Of a stretch of DNA of 64,000 bases, positions 61,283-64,000 are shown piece by piece. Location: the NCBI GenBank assembly GCA_000165345.1, contig CM000432.1, positions 64,001 through 128,000 of the forward strand, written 5' to 3'. The translations under genes and the position numbers were made by a program. Below the pieces are notes generated by a model. The model did no database searches, was not told the origin of the DNA, and worked only from the letters and a program-made list of their open reading frames with translations. Position 1 is the stretch's first letter; every line of letters starts with the position of its first letter.

Positions 61283-64000
61283 ATGAATGGTGGTAATAAC
61301 ATCCTACCAACAATGTCAACTTATGGAAGGGAAATGGACCACCACCACTACAATGGAGTTCCTTCATCAGGGAATTCTAATATGTTAACAGGCTATCCTA
61401 TTTTATACCAAAACAACCACCACAATCACCCGGCAGGAGACTTGCTTACATTGCAAATGCAGCTTCAGGGAAATCCATCAAATAACGAAAATGAAAACAC
61501 TTTAGCAGCCTTACAGAGAAACTGGATCGCCTTGCAGCAGAATAATGGTAATGTTGGTGGAACAGGAACTGGGACCAATAATGGTATGTTGCATTCATCA
61601 ATTCATCACCCATCTGCTATGACATTACAAAATGACGATATGGGATATATGAGGAATTTGATTCCAATTGGTGGAAGCAACTCATCCCCGCTCCATTCTA
61701 ACCAATCTACTCTTTTGGATTCATTAAAGTTTGGAGGTGGTTTGGAGCCCCCACAAGTTTCTCAATATGGCCATCATCATCATTTGGCAAACGGGAACTT
61801 GCAGCCAAGTATTTTGGACAATGGAATATTAGGGAACAACGTGGGAATTCCAGGTATATGCCGTAATAATCCAATGAATGTTGGAACATCTCCTAATGGT
61901 AGATTACAGATGCAAATGAATCCTAATAACGGTCTGGGTGTGAATGTAGATATGGTTCCAAACAATGGAATGCTCCCAATGAATTGTAATAATTCCATTG
62001 GTGGAAATGTAATTGTAAATACAAATCCAAACAATAATATTGAATGGCAAGGAGGAATACCAATTCGTAACATTCCTGATCTAATGACAATGTTGGATCT
62101 TTCTGATATACCACCTCATGTACAAATTCCGAAATACTACGAGGGCATTAAAATATCTCTAGGAGAGGCAGGGCGTGAAATTTTAAGATGTTATATTAAT
62201 CAAAGGGGTATTAGGGGAAAGTTTATGAGTTCTAGTAATCTTCAGCAATTATTGAGAGTTGCACATCAATGTGGACTATGGAATGCAGCAGTAAGGTTGC
62301 ATTTGGAGTTTATTGGAGAGATTCCTATGACAGCTAGTCATGCTGAAATGAGGAAGTATAAGAGCCTTCAGACAAAGCGTAGGTTATCAAAAAGAATCTC
62401 AGTTTTGTCTAAGTTTGGTGCTCCTGTTGTTCGTAGAGCTGATGGAGAGGAAACTATTGAATATAGAGATGGTATGAAGCTTTCTCTTGGGGTTGATGGG
62501 AGGAAATTACTATTAAAACGAATTAGAGAAACCAGAAGTTCAAGAGAAAATGAGATAAATAATCTGTTTTCCAAATATGGATTAAAATATAGTCAACTTA
62601 GAAATGCTACTATCCATGAGTTGTGTAGAATGGCTTATGTTTGTGGTCTTTGGGAAGAGGCTGTTAAGCTCCATTTTCAACATATTAGGAAGAAAGCCCA
62701 TGAAAATACCTCAAATCAGCAGGAATCTGGAAGTGATCTTGATAGTGAAATGGACTTGAATAAGGATAGAGGAGACGACGAAATGATATCTAACAACTTT
62801 TTGCAGCAGCTTCATACTCCTGGTATTGATATATTAAATGTGAATGGTGCAAGTAACCCTGGAGGTATGGCAGGAGGTAATGCAGGAGGGATTTCTCAAA
62901 ATCCTGTCATGGGAGCTATGGGTGCTGATCCTGTTCATGTTGGAAATTCTGCTCCACCAAATGCAGCTCATCATGTGCATCAGCATCCCTCAATACATCC
63001 AGTTTCACATATTCAGTCTGGATTGGGTCGCTTTGGTATGTCGTCTGTTGGAGGATCTGTTCCAAATGGTGCTGGAAATAAGTCTGGTAGTGAGGGTGGA
63101 AATGCAAATTCGAATGTTAATACTAATAGAGGCATATCTGGTGCGAATTCAATGATTGGAATTGTAGATAATAATGGTGGTATTCATCCATCAATTGTAC
63201 TATCTAATAATGGGGGGTCAGCTGGTAATAATGCTGATACTCATGCATTAACAGGAGACCATTTGAATTATGATGATTATAGGAATTATATTCTAGATGG
63301 AGGAAATAATGCTGGAAATATTGATAATACTGGTTTGTCATCTATGAGAAGTGGAGCAATGACAAATATAAGTAGTCGTATTATTAGGCATGATGCAAGA
63401 GGAGGTAATATGGGAACGTCTTCAAATGGTATTGATAAGGTATTGGGTAGTAACCCTAATGCTGTGAATGGGACAGGAGGTAATAGCTCTGGAAATGGCG
63501 TTAAGAGTGTTGGTGGAAATAATCCAGATGTGGATGATTTGAATAGAAATAATATCTTAACCGGTATTGAAAATGATGGTCTAATCGGTATGTCATCAAC
63601 AGGTGCTTTAGGAGCTTTTGTTGGTTCGAGTTCTTCAGGAACAAGAAATGGTCTTTCAAATTATGATAGTATTGGTGTTCCAACAACATCAAGTACAGGA
63701 TATGATGATTATTCATTATTATCTGCGTCATTAAGAAAGAGAGGAAAGGTTAATAATATGGTTTCAGGTCTTGGAGGAGTAGATGACTCTAATTCTAGTG
63801 ACTTGACAACTCATAATATTGTCTCACACCCTAATACATCTTCATTTGTTATGGAGACAATATCAGGTATTCTAGGAGATGAACCTTTAGGTAACAATAA
63901 TATTGGTGATAAAGTGAATAATTATAAAGGTAACAATTTGTCCTCAGTCCTGGGAAATGATATTGGGATTTGTCAAAACAATGAAGCTCCTCAATTATCA
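61283..64000 (+). CDS. Large N/G/S-rich protein with a twice-repeated 'CGLW' motif core. 3'-partial (no stop before the window end) and absent from the ORF track.
   Basis: Translated codon-by-codon from ATG 61283 to 64000 without a stop (≥906 aa); the in-frame stop upstream is at 61232-61234. The core (aa ~290-470) contains two related ~35-aa motifs: ...NLQQLLRVAHQCGLWNAAVRLHLEFIGE... and ...IHELCRMAYVCGLWEEAVKLHFQHIRK..., separated by a basic stretch (KRRLSKRISVLSKFGAPVVRRADGEETIEYRDGMKLSLGVDGRKLLLKRIRETR). Confidence 0.6.
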   Translation, partial: MNGGNNILPTMSTYGREMDHHHYNGVPSSGNSNMLTGYPILYQNNHHNHPAGDLLTLQMQLQGNPSNNENENTLAALQRNWIALQQNNGNVGGTGTGTNNGMLHSSIHHPSAMTLQNDDMGYMRNLIPIGGSNSSPLHSNQSTLLDSLKFGGGLEPPQVSQYGHHHHLANGNLQPSILDNGILGNNVGIPGICRNNPMNVGTSPNGRLQMQMNPNNGLGVNVDMVPNNGMLPMNCNNSIGGNVIVNTNPNNNIEWQGGIPIRNIPDLMTMLDLSDIPPHVQIPKYYEGIKISLGEAGREILRCYINQRGIRGKFMSSSNLQQLLRVAHQCGLWNAAVRLHLEFIGEIPMTASHAEMRKYKSLQTKRRLSKRISVLSKFGAPVVRRADGEETIEYRDGMKLSLGVDGRKLLLKRIRETRSSRENEINNLFSKYGLKYSQLRNATIHELCRMAYVCGLWEEAVKLHFQHIRKKAHENTSNQQESGSDLDSEMDLNKDRGDDEMISNNFLQQLHTPGIDILNVNGASNPGGMAGGNAGGISQNPVMGAMGADPVHVGNSAPPNAAHHVHQHPSIHPVSHIQSGLGRFGMSSVGGSVPNGAGNKSGSEGGNANSNVNTNRGISGANSMIGIVDNNGGIHPSIVLSNNGGSAGNNADTHALTGDHLNYDDYRNYILDGGNNAGNIDNTGLSSMRSGAMTNISSRIIRHDARGGNMGTSSNGIDKVLGSNPNAVNGTGGNSSGNGVKSVGGNNPDVDDLNRNNILTGIENDGLIGMSSTGALGAFVGSSSSGTRNGLSNYDSIGVPTTSSTGYDDYSLLSASLRKRGKVNNMVSGLGGVDDSNSSDLTTHNIVSHPNTSSFVMETISGILGDEPLGNNNIGDKVNNYKGNNLSSVLGNDIGICQNNEAPQLS

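Noticed and set aside
62300-62520. Interpreting the basic stretch between the two CGLW motifs as an ApiAP2 domain.
   Set aside because: Lacks the conserved AP2 features (G-V-x-W and W-x-A strand residues, YG-x-E-x-A helix). Does not match by eye.

Overview
This is an AT-rich, gene-dense eukaryotic window (about 27 protein-coding genes in 64 kb, intergenic spacers mostly 0.1–0.8 kb). Gene content, codon usage and recurrent GGCGCC/GGCGGGAA and TGCATGCA upstream motifs point to an apicomplexan, most likely a Cryptosporidium-type genome.

ORF-track 'starts' are often non-ATG (TTG/GTG), so I moved several starts to the first in-frame ATG or to upstream spliced exons. Recognisable genes include:
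- Signalling and cell cycle: GSK3-family kinase (5' partial), an intron-containing CKS1 missed by the ORF track, Rab11 (3 exons), PP2A-B56 (tiny first exon).
- Protein turnover and modification: proteasome alpha-4, a UFL1-like UFM1 E3 ligase, PA200/Blm10-like proteasome activator, deoxyhypusine hydroxylase.
- Chromatin and DNA: SET8/KMT5A-like SET protein, NF-YC-like histone fold, ORC/Cdc6-like AAA+ ATPase, XPG/Rad2 nuclease.
- Membrane and trafficking: Sec31, MFS transporter, CDP-alcohol phosphotransferase, GDT1/TMEM165, a TLC-like membrane protein, an HSL-type lipase with an upstream signal-anchor exon.
- Other: SPF30-like Tudor protein, FG-nucleoporin, eL18, a 1343-aa coiled-coil protein, two TPR proteins and several hypotheticals.

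The best candidate for something undescribed is a long open reading frame (61283 to window end, ≥906 aa) that the ORF track omits because it runs off the window. It carries a twice-repeated ~35-aa 'CGLW' motif inside N/G/S-rich low complexity and is preceded by a 2.2-kb motif-rich upstream region.

A GGCGCC-core palindrome or GGCGGGAA motif sits 100–400 bp upstream of nearly every gene; TTTCCGC-type motifs lie in the divergent ORC-like/XPG promoter. A 12-bp TGACACGTGTCA palindrome occurs twice at minus-strand gene starts. All assignments are from visual motif recognition without database searches.
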